The notes beneath the pieces are model-generated. The model was not told the DNA's origin and did not search any database. It saw only the letters and a list, made by a program, of their open reading frames with translations. A stretch of 59,095 bases of DNA from a virus (lineage: Duplodnaviria; Caudoviricetes). The position numbers and the translations under genes were made by a program. The stretch is from IMG/VR virus record IMGVR_UViG_3300046169_000006, positions 1 to 59,095 of that record; one strand, given 5' to 3'. Of the stretch, positions 27,624 through 37,581 are shown piece after piece; position 1 is the first letter of the stretch; every line of letters starts with the position of its first letter.

Positions 27624-28654
27624 TGAGTATCCAAGAACAACTTCAAGCCGCGATACTTGCGGCTCAATCAACGCCTGTGCCGACGCACGACTCATCGTGC
27701 CCTGTGCCTGCTAACGTAACGACGGCGCCGTCGACTGTACCCGTAGAAATACCTACTGCCGACGACGTACCTGCCGCTCCTAAGTTTGCTATCAAGAACT
27801 TAGATGAGAAAGCTGTACTCGTTCAAGTCAAACGTCGTATGTATTCTCCTTATAAACATGATGCTGAGGAGAGTGAGAAGTATGGTGCAGGCAACGTCAA
27901 CAAGCACCTGTTCGAGGGACGTGACAACCGCGTTAAAGAAGCAATCAGTAAGTACACTACAGTGTATAACTTCGTTAAAGATAACACTGTGCCGTGGACC
28001 ACTGGTGTGGAACTGCTCAACATCGTCAACTACATGGAGTTTACCGCAGGTCTACGCCCACTGATTAACGAGGCTGACCAAGCTGTTGAGGACTTATACA
28101 ACAACTGGGACTATGAGGTTACTGCTGACTTGCATCGCTTGTCACAGATTGCCACCAGTAAAGGTAAGCCTAACCTAGTCAACCCATCGGACTATCCAGA
28201 TGCTGACACTATGCGTGCTCGGTTTAGTATCGAGGTACGTTATATGCCAGTGCCTACCGCCGACGGCTTCGACCCCCGGCTCGGTATCAGCGACGACGAC
28301 AAGGCTACAGTTCAGAAGCAACTCGACGATGCTAGTGCTAACGCAAGTACACACGTCCTTACTCAGATGCTCAAACCAATGCGTGCCGCTATCGCTAAGC
28401 TGAGTGTACCTATCGGTAACGACGGCAGTGTGTTTCGTGACAGCATGATCGACAACATGGTCGACGTGGCATCACGCATGGCTAAGGTCAACATATCTGA
28501 CGACCCAGTTATCGCTGAGCAAATCAAGGACCTACAGTCCTTAGTCGGTACGTACGCCAACAACAAAGACATGTTGCGCAACTCGCCATCTGTGCGAGCC
28601 AAAGCCGCAACGCAAATCGACGACCTTATGAGTACGATGCAAGGTCTAGTATAG
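27623..28654 (+). CDS. Helical protein (DUF3150-like) of the AAA+/vWA module
   Basis: DYPDADTMRARF and VFRDSMIDN motifs; between the AAA+ and vWA genes. Confidence 0.6.
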   Translation: MSIQEQLQAAILAAQSTPVPTHDSSCPVPANVTTAPSTVPVEIPTADDVPAAPKFAIKNLDEKAVLVQVKRRMYSPYKHDAEESEKYGAGNVNKHLFEGRDNRVKEAISKYTTVYNFVKDNTVPWTTGVELLNIVNYMEFTAGLRPLINEADQAVEDLYNNWDYEVTADLHRLSQIATSKGKPNLVNPSDYPDADTMRARFSIEVRYMPVPTADGFDPRLGISDDDKATVQKQLDDASANASTHVLTQMLKPMRAAIAKLSVPIGNDGSVFRDSMIDNMVDVASRMAKVNISDDPVIAEQIKDLQSLVGTYANNKDMLRNSPSVRAKAATQIDDLMSTMQGLV

Positions 28655-28664
28655 GAGTAATGAT

Positions 28665-29813
28665 ATGACTGCCACTATTGAGCACACTGCACTCGAAGAA
28701 GTGCAACGCAAGGTTAGCAAGGCAAAGTCACTTTTGTTTTTAGATCACCCATTCTTTGGTACTGCATGCTGTAAGCGCCCTATCATTTACACTGATACTG
28801 TGCCTACTGCCGCTATGTCTGGTACAGGACAGATGTACCTTAACCCTGACTTCATCGCACCACTTACCAATAGTCAGATACAGTTCCTACTAGCGCATGA
28901 GGCGATGCACTACATGTTGTCTCATGCTACACGACGTAAGAACCGCAACGCTCAAGCATGGAACGTAGCCGCTGACAAAGTTATCAACGACACGCTTATC
29001 GAGGCAGGTGTTGGTACGTTTATTGATGGCGGTGTTACACTCGACGGCGCACGTGATATGGCGACTGAAGAACTGTACGATGAGAATGACGACGGCGGTG
29101 GTAATGGTCCGGGAGGTATCGGCGACGACATCGGCGACCCAACTGACGAGGACGGCAACCCACTCGACGAGGCTACTATCAATCAGTTAGAGGCACAGGC
29201 TAAGGTCGACACTATCCAGTCTGCCAAAGCCGCTAAAGCTGTCGGTAAGTTACCTGCATGTATCGAGCGCATCGTCGACGAGATAGTTAACGTGACAACT
29301 CCTTGGTACGATATACTCGAGCGTCACATGTCGGGTAAGATCAAGGACGGCTACTCATGGAGCAGACCCAATCGTAGGTTCGTCGGTCGAGGCATATACA
29401 TTCCCGGAACCGACTACGTACCCAAGATGGGACCGCTAGTACTAGGTGTCGACACATCATGTTCTGTAGGTGAGGACGAGATTGCCCAGTACAACGCTCA
29501 CATCAACCGCATCATTGACACGTGTAACCCTGAGGTTGTGCATGTCGTGTACTGTGACGCCCACGTTCAAGGTGTTGAGGAGTTTACACCTGACGACTTC
29601 CCTGTTCGCATCAATGCTCAAGGTGGCGGCGGCACTTCATTCCAACCAGTCTTTGACTGGATAACCAACAACGCTATCGAACCTGAGTGCGTTGTATACC
29701 TGACTGATGGTTACGGCGATCAGTCTTCTTTCACTAGTGACATCGACACAGTCTGGCTCACAACAGGTACCACCGCCTTTGACTGGGGACATGTTATTAA
29801 ATTTGAGGAGTAA
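28665..29813 (+). CDS. Metallopeptidase-vWA fusion (DUF2201-like)
   Basis: HEAMH (HExxH), WNVAAD, MIDAS DTSCS, GGGTSF, YLTDG. Confidence 0.85.
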   Translation: MTATIEHTALEEVQRKVSKAKSLLFLDHPFFGTACCKRPIIYTDTVPTAAMSGTGQMYLNPDFIAPLTNSQIQFLLAHEAMHYMLSHATRRKNRNAQAWNVAADKVINDTLIEAGVGTFIDGGVTLDGARDMATEELYDENDDGGGNGPGGIGDDIGDPTDEDGNPLDEATINQLEAQAKVDTIQSAKAAKAVGKLPACIERIVDEIVNVTTPWYDILERHMSGKIKDGYSWSRPNRRFVGRGIYIPGTDYVPKMGPLVLGVDTSCSVGEDEIAQYNAHINRIIDTCNPEVVHVVYCDAHVQGVEEFTPDDFPVRINAQGGGGTSFQPVFDWITNNAIEPECVVYLTDGYGDQSSFTSDIDTVWLTTGTTAFDWGHVIKFEE

Positions 29814-29816
29814 TGT

Positions 29817-30377
29817 ATGACAGCAAGAAATAACGCGTCGCTCATTGCGGCAGAACTTTCCAAAGATACAGGCTTTCAACGTGTAACGATCGACATCGAC
29901 CCAACGCAATGGTCAACTCGTCGTCGCAACATCATTTTACGGGCTCTCAGACACGGCATAACACAGTGTGGGTATGAGACAGGTTACTTTATTAAATGCC
30001 TGACCGAAGCATACGGCTCGTCCGTTGTTACTATGAACAACTGGACTCGAGACATTCCTGCTGATGCTGTGGACCCAGATAAGTTTGACGAACTCGTAGC
30101 CTATACCTGTGCTTGGGTTAAACTCAAAGCCGCAGGCATGAAGGCGGAAGACCTAGACTACTATAGTAGGTACACGCTCAACAACTGGGCGCATAATATT
30201 AACAACGGTCAACGCCCTTCGACGTTCCCAACTCCTGATATTAAAAGCGCGACCGAGAAAGCGCTGTTTATCAAGCAATACCTAAAGAAAGACGAAACTG
30301 AATTAGAGTTTCGTGAAGCCCTTGCCGCAAAGATAGAACGTGGTGAGATGTTATCCATTAGTATGAATGCCCGATAG
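29817..30377 (+). CDS. Hypothetical protein
   Basis: 186-aa ORF with GAGGAGTAA RBS. Confidence 0.75.
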   Translation: MTARNNASLIAAELSKDTGFQRVTIDIDPTQWSTRRRNIILRALRHGITQCGYETGYFIKCLTEAYGSSVVTMNNWTRDIPADAVDPDKFDELVAYTCAWVKLKAAGMKAEDLDYYSRYTLNNWAHNINNGQRPSTFPTPDIKSATEKALFIKQYLKKDETELEFREALAAKIERGEMLSISMNAR

Positions 30378-30387
30378 GAGGTGCATC

Positions 30388-31077
30388 ATGGCTTATGTAA
30401 GAAAAACTGACACCCTTTGTTATGACATCCGAGAGAATGTTCGCCACATGAAATCCAAAGCATTACAGGCTCACCCAGTCCCAGACATTCAAACTGGTAC
30501 TGCCGATTACAAACACGCAGTCGAGTCTATTATTACAGCATCGTACGCTGATGCTCCCGAGTTAAAAGGTAAACTGCCTGACTCATGGCTAAAACGTTTT
30601 GATAAAGTAGAGGTCGAGTTCGTCAATGAGGACGAGGACAGTAAGCGAACCCATAACTTCACAGTGTCAATCCACACTCCAACTGGTGAGGATTTATTGT
30701 TACCGCCTACTGCTAACCAGACATACTACGGTGCTCGCGTTGAGATGAGCCGTAAAGATATGACTGAGGGCTTATGTGCTTGGCTTGATGGCGCTAATGC
30801 TGTGAACGACAGACGTCGCACGATTGCTGAGCAGTTTGACAACGTCGAGCAACAACTCACTGCATACATGAGGCAACATGCTTCACTCAATGCGGCAGTC
30901 AAAGAGATGCCTGAGATGGAGATGTATGTACCTCCGCAGTACATGGATAAGATGCGCGAAGCTACGGTCCCTCGCAAGAAGAAGAGCGGTAGTAATGAGC
31001 CAACAGCATCTGAGGAGTTAGGTATTGATCGCGATGCACTTGCGACAATGGCTATCGCCCATCGGTTAACGCAGTAG
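30388..31077 (+). CDS. Hypothetical protein (weak Nmad5-like resemblance)
   Basis: AGGAGG RBS before ATG 30388; SLNAAVKEMPEMEMYVP. Confidence 0.6.
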   Translation: MAYVRKTDTLCYDIRENVRHMKSKALQAHPVPDIQTGTADYKHAVESIITASYADAPELKGKLPDSWLKRFDKVEVEFVNEDEDSKRTHNFTVSIHTPTGEDLLLPPTANQTYYGARVEMSRKDMTEGLCAWLDGANAVNDRRRTIAEQFDNVEQQLTAYMRQHASLNAAVKEMPEMEMYVPPQYMDKMREATVPRKKKSGSNEPTASEELGIDRDALATMAIAHRLTQ

Positions 31078-31078
31078 T

Positions 31079-31206
31079 ATCTGGATGTGGTGTCATCATT
31101 CCTCAAGCAGGCGACCCGACGCGTCTGTATATGCCAGATCAGTAAGTATGACAAATAGAAGCCACCCAGACCGGAAATCTGGCAGTCGTCGGGACTAATT
31201 TATTTT
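31079..31206 (+). ncRNA. Candidate structured cis-regulatory RNA
   Basis: Four complementary segment pairs in ~115 nt, followed by a U-rich tract. Confidence 0.45.
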
Positions 31207-31216
31207 TAAGGAGATT

Positions 31217-31513
31217 GTGATGAAGACAAGTAAAAGAAGAAACCTATCCGCCAAAGCACGTGCGGCAGGTCTACCAGTTAACTGTGTTCTACAGCGTGTA
31301 CAACGCTTAGGTTGGAGCGAACATAAAGCCCTGACTACACCTGTAGGTAAGTATAATAAAAGTAATCGCGTCGTTCCGCCCGTGGAACATACGCCTGTAA
31401 CGACGGAACAACCGTCGTCGGCTATTTTTGACGCGCCTGTTCGGGCTAAGTTCGTCAAGTTAGCCGCTATAACTATCATCGTAGCCGTCATCGTATGGGC
31501 GGTCAACGCTTAG
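31217..31513 (+). CDS. Small HTH-like protein with C-terminal TM helix
   Basis: NLSAKARAAGL...RVQRLGWSEHKALTTPV; C-terminal LAAITIIVAVIVWAV. Confidence 0.65.
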   Translation: MMKTSKRRNLSAKARAAGLPVNCVLQRVQRLGWSEHKALTTPVGKYNKSNRVVPPVEHTPVTTEQPSSAIFDAPVRAKFVKLAAITIIVAVIVWAVNA

Positions 31514-31524
31514 GAGCGTATCTT

Positions 31525-33441
31525 ATGAAAATTTGTACTGTCGATCTCGAGACATATTGGAGTGTAACGCATTCCCTGACTAAGATGTCACCCATTGCAT
31601 ACTGCATGCACCCTGAGACAGAGATCATCTCTTGTTCGTTTAAGTTCAACGACGACTCATCATTTGTCGTTGTCGGCGAGGACGCAGTGCAGGCTTATGT
31701 AGATAGCGTTGATTGGTCTGAGTACTGGGTTGTTGGACATAACTTGTCTGGCTTTGATGCAATGATCTTATCGTGGAGGCTAGGTATTAAACCTAAACTA
31801 TGGGGTTGCACGCTTGCAATGGCACGCCCCATTCACGCCAAAGATGTAGGCTTGTCTCTCGCCAAGTTGGTTGAGCACTACAATCTCGGCTACAAGAACC
31901 AGTCTATCCTGTTCAATACTAAAGGTAAGCACCTTATTGATTTTACTGAGCAAGAGGTTGCTGACATGTGTAGGTACAATGCTGATGATACAGATCAGTG
32001 TTATGGTCTACTACGCAAGTTGATGCCGCAGACTAAGCGCGACGAAGTTAAGTTGATCGACCAGACTATTCGTATGTTGGTTGAGCCACAGTTTACAGCG
32101 GACCTTGATCTACTACGCCGCACACTGGTGGAAGAGACCGAGCGCCGTAAACTCGCAATGATTGATGCCGCACATGCAATGGACGTGTATGACCCACTCG
32201 CATCTGAGGAAGAAAACGTAGAGGCTACACTCAAGGTACTGTCATCAGCACCTAAGTTTGCCAAGTTCCTACTTACGTTAGGTGTAGAGGTTCCATTAAA
32301 AGTATCTAACACCACAGGGAAAGAAATCCCTGCCCTTGCTAAGACTGACCAAGAGTTCCTAGACTTACAGGAACATGACAATCCCGTCGTCGCCGCAGCC
32401 GCAGCCGCGCGTTTAGATGCGAAGTCTACTATCCTACAGACACGGATACAGGCATTCATTGACGCCGCCGAAGCACACCCTGACAACATGGTGCCTATCC
32501 CGCTCAAGTATTACGGAGCCGACACAACAGGACGTTGGAGTGGTTGGGGCTATAACCCACAGAATCTACCACGTGTTAACCCTTACAACCCAAGATTGTC
32601 TGATGCGTTACGCAAATCGCTTCGCGCACCAGAGGGATATAAAGTAGTAGTTGCTGACTTGTCGGGTATCGAGTTGAGAGTAAACCACTTCTTATGGAAA
32701 GAGCCATCAAGTTCGGAAATGTTCACCAAAGACCCTGAGAATGCTGACCTGTATAAGGACTTCGCCAGTAGATTATACGACGTGCCTTACGAAGAGGTAT
32801 CCAAGCAACAACGACAAGTAGGTAAAGTTGCTCACCTTGGGCTAGGGTTCGGTGCAGGGTGGAAAACATTTATGACTGTTGCAAAGATCATGGGTGGTGT
32901 TGAACTAGGTGAACACGAGAGCCAAGAGATTGTAGATAAATGGCGCAGTGAGTACTATAACATCACTAAAGGATGGCGCACGTGTCACAGTGTACTGCCA
33001 ACGATTATGCGTGGTGCTACTAGTGAAGCTGTTGACCCTTGGGGCATGGTTATCCCAACTCCACAAGGGCTACAAACCCCTAAAGGTATAATACGTTACC
33101 CTGACTTGCGCACTGAGCGTAACGACGACGGACGTATGGAATTTGTTTATGGTCATGGTCGCAACAAGGCTAGGATATACGCAGGGAAGATCGACGAGAA
33201 TATCGTCCAACATCTTGCCCGTTGCGTTATCGCAGACAACTCCTTAGAGGTTCACCAACGACTCGGTTTGACCCCTGCCCTGATGGTGCACGATGAACTT
33301 GTTTACGTCGTCCCCGAATCGGAGGCACAGGAGGTACTAGATGTAGTACAAGATATCATGCGTACTCCACCCACGTGGTGGCCCGAACTAATTACATGGT
33401 CGGAAGGTGACATCGCAGACACGTATGGTGACGCTAAATAG
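31525..33441 (+). CDS. polA: DNA polymerase family A with 3'-5' exonuclease
   Basis: DLETY, HNLSGFD, YNADD; TGRWSG; motif A ADLSGIELR, motif B RQVGKVAHLGLGFG, motif C VHDE. Confidence 0.95.
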   Translation: MKICTVDLETYWSVTHSLTKMSPIAYCMHPETEIISCSFKFNDDSSFVVVGEDAVQAYVDSVDWSEYWVVGHNLSGFDAMILSWRLGIKPKLWGCTLAMARPIHAKDVGLSLAKLVEHYNLGYKNQSILFNTKGKHLIDFTEQEVADMCRYNADDTDQCYGLLRKLMPQTKRDEVKLIDQTIRMLVEPQFTADLDLLRRTLVEETERRKLAMIDAAHAMDVYDPLASEEENVEATLKVLSSAPKFAKFLLTLGVEVPLKVSNTTGKEIPALAKTDQEFLDLQEHDNPVVAAAAAARLDAKSTILQTRIQAFIDAAEAHPDNMVPIPLKYYGADTTGRWSGWGYNPQNLPRVNPYNPRLSDALRKSLRAPEGYKVVVADLSGIELRVNHFLWKEPSSSEMFTKDPENADLYKDFASRLYDVPYEEVSKQQRQVGKVAHLGLGFGAGWKTFMTVAKIMGGVELGEHESQEIVDKWRSEYYNITKGWRTCHSVLPTIMRGATSEAVDPWGMVIPTPQGLQTPKGIIRYPDLRTERNDDGRMEFVYGHGRNKARIYAGKIDENIVQHLARCVIADNSLEVHQRLGLTPALMVHDELVYVVPESEAQEVLDVVQDIMRTPPTWWPELITWSEGDIADTYGDAK

Positions 33442-33631
33442 TATCAAACGGATAATAGATTTTTAAAAATATATGATATTTATTATTACTAAACTGCCTA
33501 AATTGTTAGCGATAACGGTTAAATTTTAGGCAACAACCTACTTTCATGTTGAAAATAAGTGTTCATTATCAGTACAGATAGTGGCATACTAATACATATA
33601 CATGTAAGCTCATACCAAGGAAGGAAAGAGC

Positions 33632-34201
33632 ATGCCTAGCAATAAGAAGGGCATCAGCCCCCTAGCGGCTACAACAGAGCGTTTTTTACGGAACCCTGAT
33701 AAGGTTAACGACTGGTTAGTTATAACCGACAAACACATGCAGAGTTACGCAAACGATAAAGATTTGTTTGTGCTACCGAAACAACATGAGTTTATGGAGC
33801 CAGTGATAAAAGCCTACGCGCATGACCTTGCAGGGTTTGCGCAGTATTTGCTCGAACTGAGGGACAACTTCGACAAGAAGTCTCGACAGTTTGTGGACGT
33901 ACAAGCGGTATATCGCCGAGTTAACGGACGGCATGTACAGCAATCACGTCGTCAGCGGATAGCTAAGGCAGTAAAGAAAGCGGAGGAACTGTTTGGTGAA
34001 ATTGCATACACAAAACGTATGCAATGGATGGCTGAGTTAGAACATGAATGGGCACGACGACGACTAGCGTTTCTCGAAACACAACGCGAGCGACTGAAGC
34101 AAGAACGTCTATCGACGGAACTGCGAACAGAAATGCTCCTCGAGTTTTGGGAAATAATTGATACTGAGATTTTTATGGGAGAATTACCACCGTGGAACTA
34201 A
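33632..34201 (+). CDS. Hypothetical helical protein
   Basis: 189-aa ORF after an AT-rich intergenic region. Confidence 0.75.
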   Translation: MPSNKKGISPLAATTERFLRNPDKVNDWLVITDKHMQSYANDKDLFVLPKQHEFMEPVIKAYAHDLAGFAQYLLELRDNFDKKSRQFVDVQAVYRRVNGRHVQQSRRQRIAKAVKKAEELFGEIAYTKRMQWMAELEHEWARRRLAFLETQRERLKQERLSTELRTEMLLEFWEIIDTEIFMGELPPWN

Positions 34202-34857
34202 TAAAGGCTTGGAGTTATTCAGCCCTAACCGCGTTTGAAACTTGTCCGCGCCGCTTTGAGTTAACACGAGTTACTCGAGAGGTTAAGGAGCCGCAGACAG
34301 AAGCTACTATCTGGGGTAACGAGGTACACAAAGCATTGGAACTGTTTGCTAAAGACGGTAAGCCATTGCCCACTCACCTCAAAAAGTACGAGCGTTACGT
34401 AAAAAAGATTCTGTCCTATGAGGGAAAGCGTGTGATCGAACAACAGATCGCGCTCGACCGCAATTTCCGTCCTACTACATGGATGGCAAAGGACGTATGG
34501 GTTCGCGGCATCATCGACATCGGTGTTGTGGGTTCCGACAGAGCATACTTACTAGACTGGAAAACTGGTAAGCGTCGACCAGATACAGACCAACTCAAAC
34601 TATTCGCCGCACTAGCGTTCGCTGTGTATCCGTGGATAGATAAAGTTACGACTGGATTTATCTGGCTAAAGTCTGGAGAGTTTGATAAGCAGGTGTTTAC
34701 ACGTGAACAGTTACCAGAGATATGGAACGAATTTATGCCACGCCTAAAACGCCTAGCCATTGCCCACAACGAAGACAAGTGGACGCCCAAGCCTAGCGGA
34801 CTGTGTAAAAACTGGTGCCCTGTTGGTAAACACAACTGTGAATTCTGCGGAGTATAA
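34192..34857 (+). CDS. PD-(D/E)XK Cas4/RecB-like exonuclease
   Basis: WSYSAL..FETCPR, GNEVH, GIID, LDWKTGK, QLKLFA, C-terminal Cys cluster. Confidence 0.88.
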   Translation: MELIKAWSYSALTAFETCPRRFELTRVTREVKEPQTEATIWGNEVHKALELFAKDGKPLPTHLKKYERYVKKILSYEGKRVIEQQIALDRNFRPTTWMAKDVWVRGIIDIGVVGSDRAYLLDWKTGKRRPDTDQLKLFAALAFAVYPWIDKVTTGFIWLKSGEFDKQVFTREQLPEIWNEFMPRLKRLAIAHNEDKWTPKPSGLCKNWCPVGKHNCEFCGV

Positions 34858-34858
34858 A

Positions 34859-35032
34859 GTGGACAACATAAGAGACTTATCCATCGACAGACTGATGAAA
34901 CTAAACACCGAAGACCTGCTCATCCTAGCGTTGAGCCAGAGCAAACTCACTGGATTAGAGATAGAACTCCTTAATCGCTTAGAGCAATTCTTGTCTATGC
35001 ACGGAGACTACCTCGAGGAGACTCACCACTAA
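34859..35032 (+). CDS. Small hypothetical protein
   Basis: Fills the gap between the exonuclease and VRR-NUC genes; TAATG coupling; start uncertain. Confidence 0.5.
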   Translation: MDNIRDLSIDRLMKLNTEDLLILALSQSKLTGLEIELLNRLEQFLSMHGDYLEETHH

Positions 35033-35346
35033 TGGGTATGACACCTGAAGGTAAAGTCAAAAAGAAGTGTAAAGAGTATCTTCAACAGATCGGTGCTTGG
35101 TACTATATGCCTGTAAGTAATGGTATGGGGCGCGTTGGTTGTCCTGACATTCTGGTATGCCACAAGGGTTTATTCATGGCCTTTGAGACTAAGGCGCCGG
35201 GAAAGATAAAGAATGTTACGGCTAATCAAGAGCGTGAAATAACTGATATACAACGTGCTCACGGGTTAGCACTTGTTGTCGACGACGTCGAGCAAATGAA
35301 AGAGGCTATACATGACAAAATCAACGAAGCAGGAATTAAAGACTAA
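35032..35346 (+). CDS. VRR-NUC domain nuclease (resolvase-like)
   Basis: TPEGKVK, GCPDIL, AFETKAPG, TANQ. Confidence 0.88.
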   Translation: MGMTPEGKVKKKCKEYLQQIGAWYYMPVSNGMGRVGCPDILVCHKGLFMAFETKAPGKIKNVTANQEREITDIQRAHGLALVVDDVEQMKEAIHDKINEAGIKD

Positions 35347-35584
35347 AGCGGCTTACAACAAGAAGCCGAGCGTCCAGAAGAAACGCGTAGCTAATAACAA
35401 AGCACGCCGTGAAGCTATTAAGGATGGGCGCGTTAAGAAAGGTGACGGTAAAGATGTTCACCACAAGGTGCCATTAGATAAAGGTGGCAGTGATAAGAAA
35501 TCAAACACCAAAGTGGTTAGTAAGAAAACTAATCGCGGCTGGCGTAAGAAGAACCCTGAAATGTATACCAAGAGAGGTAACTAA
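35312..35584 (+). CDS. HNH endonuclease-like protein
   Basis: GDGKDVHHKVPL..GG....N.......NR. Confidence 0.8.
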   Translation: MTKSTKQELKTKAAYNKKPSVQKKRVANNKARREAIKDGRVKKGDGKDVHHKVPLDKGGSDKKSNTKVVSKKTNRGWRKKNPEMYTKRGN

Positions 35585-35997
35585 TGGACAACTCTGAAGA
35601 ACGAGTATGGGCATACCTACGGAAACATGGAGATTCCGTTGACGCTTTTGACGTGTCTATCAACTGTGACGTGCGGCAGAAAGATGCCGAAGATATTATC
35701 GCTAAGCGCAATGAGTTATTGAACAATGTGCCAACGCGATCACACAACATAGGTAAGTCAGACTACTCTAAATATAACATCCAACCGTGGGACATCTGGT
35801 TGGAGTATGACCTCAATCCGTGGGACGCAGACATTGTGAAGCGCGTCTTACGTGAGAAACCCGGAGAGCGTCGTCTCGACTACGAGAAGATCAAACATAT
35901 ATGCGACGAGCGCATACGACAAATCGACACCGGAGTAGCTGAGGATAAATGTTATGTTAATTTGGAAGAAGAAGAAAGCACTACTCTTAAAAAGTAG
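35584..35997 (+). CDS. DUF3310-like protein
   Basis: IGKSDY...IQPWDIW...ADIVKRVLR...DYEKIKH. Confidence 0.6.
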   Translation: MDNSEERVWAYLRKHGDSVDAFDVSINCDVRQKDAEDIIAKRNELLNNVPTRSHNIGKSDYSKYNIQPWDIWLEYDLNPWDADIVKRVLREKPGERRLDYEKIKHICDERIRQIDTGVAEDKCYVNLEEEESTTLKK

Positions 35998-37525
35998 AGA
36001 GCCTGATAGAATAACCAATGTGATACCCACCGCGAAGCAGTTCACGGTTAAAGGTACCCCATACGTGGCAGTCCCACATAAACTGACTGAGACTAAAGTT
36101 CTACGTAACTTAGGCTATGAGCCACCTGCTCCCATACGTGAGTACTACGAGTGGCCGGGGCGTTATAAGCCGTTCGACGCACAACGTGAAGCCGCCGCTT
36201 TCTTGTCTATGTATGATAGAGCGTTCAACCTGAGTGAGTTAGGGACAGGTAAGTCGTTGGCGTCGTTATGGGCGTACGATTACCTACGTAGCATCGGTCA
36301 TCTGAATAAGGTCTTAATAGTTTCACCACTATCAACGCTTGAGCGCACGTGGGCAGACGAAGTGTTCCAACACTTCCCACACCTTGAGTATGCTGTGTTG
36401 CACGGTTCCAAACAGAAGCGCATCAAACTTCTTAACACCGACGTGGATGTCTACATTATTAACCACGATGGACTACAGATCATCGAGCCGTTGTTAGCTG
36501 ACCGTCCAGATATCGACTTAGTTATTATCGACGAGATAGCACAGGCCGCACGTAACGCAGGCACTGATCGTTGGAAAGCTATTAACAAAGTAGTTAACCG
36601 CCACAAGACAAAGCGTGCTTGTTGGGGAATGACTGGTACACCTACGCCGAACGCACCTACTGATGCTTGGGCACAGACTAGGCTAATATCACCTAGCAAT
36701 GTACCGCCATACTTTAACCGCTTTAAAGGACAAGTGATGAAGCAGTTATCACAGTTCTCGTGGGTACCGAAGGAAGGAGCAACGGAGATTGTTAAAGATG
36801 TTATGCAACCCTCTGTTCGTTTCACCCGAGATGAGTGTGTTGATCTACCACCGCTAATGTATGAGACTCGTCAGGTTTCTCTGACTAAGGAACAGGACAA
36901 GGCTTATAAGGAGATGGTCGCAAGGATGCGCACCCAAGCAGAAGAGGGTGAGATCACCGCAGTAAACGAAGCCGTTAAGATGGGTAAGCTAGTACAGATT
37001 GCCTGTGGTGTTGTTTACTCTAATGATAAGGAGGAAGTGACAATACCCTCGACGCCTCGTGTAGAAGAAACACGCGAGATAGTACGCGCAGCGGAGGGCA
37101 AAGTTATTGTGTTCGTACCATACGTAAGTTCGGTCAACATGGTAGCAGAAGAACTGAGTAAAGACTTTACTGTTGAAGTCATTCACGGTGGAGTTAAGAA
37201 AGATGAGCGTGACCGTATATTTGGTGCGTTCCAAAAGAGTAAAGACCCTAAGGTTATCGTGGCTCAACCTGCCGCTATGTCCCACGGTCTTACATTGACG
37301 TCAGCATCTACCATCATCTGGTACTCATGTGTGACGTCAAACGAAGTATTCGAGCAGGCTAACGGTCGGATTAACAGGCCCGGCCAGAAGATGAATAACT
37401 TCATCATTATGTTAGAAGGTACACCAGTGGAGAAGCGTATCTACAGTCGACTGCGTAACAAGCAGAAGATGCAGGGTGCCCTACTCGACGAAGTGAAAGC
37501 ACATCGCGACGCTGTCATGTCTTGA
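35954..37525 (+). CDS. SNF2-family helicase
   Basis: ELGTGKS, IIDE, MTGTP, HGLTLT, QANGRINRPGQ. Confidence 0.92.
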   Translation: MLIWKKKKALLLKSREPDRITNVIPTAKQFTVKGTPYVAVPHKLTETKVLRNLGYEPPAPIREYYEWPGRYKPFDAQREAAAFLSMYDRAFNLSELGTGKSLASLWAYDYLRSIGHLNKVLIVSPLSTLERTWADEVFQHFPHLEYAVLHGSKQKRIKLLNTDVDVYIINHDGLQIIEPLLADRPDIDLVIIDEIAQAARNAGTDRWKAINKVVNRHKTKRACWGMTGTPTPNAPTDAWAQTRLISPSNVPPYFNRFKGQVMKQLSQFSWVPKEGATEIVKDVMQPSVRFTRDECVDLPPLMYETRQVSLTKEQDKAYKEMVARMRTQAEEGEITAVNEAVKMGKLVQIACGVVYSNDKEEVTIPSTPRVEETREIVRAAEGKVIVFVPYVSSVNMVAEELSKDFTVEVIHGGVKKDERDRIFGAFQKSKDPKVIVAQPAAMSHGLTLTSASTIIWYSCVTSNEVFEQANGRINRPGQKMNNFIIMLEGTPVEKRIYSRLRNKQKMQGALLDEVKAHRDAVMS

Positions 37526-37565
37526 CAGATGAACGCATATAAACTAATCTGTTTACAAGTGAACA
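37522..37565 (+). promoter_or_regulatory. Promoter of the alpA-like operon with operator
   Basis: TTGACA-N17-TAATCT; TGTTTAC-AA-GTGAACA at 37550-37565. Confidence 0.8.
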
Positions 37566-37581
37566 CATATAGAGGTAAAAA

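Noticed and set aside
34192-34857. Cas4 as part of a CRISPR system
   Set aside because: Stand-alone nuclease in the replication module with no array or cas1.
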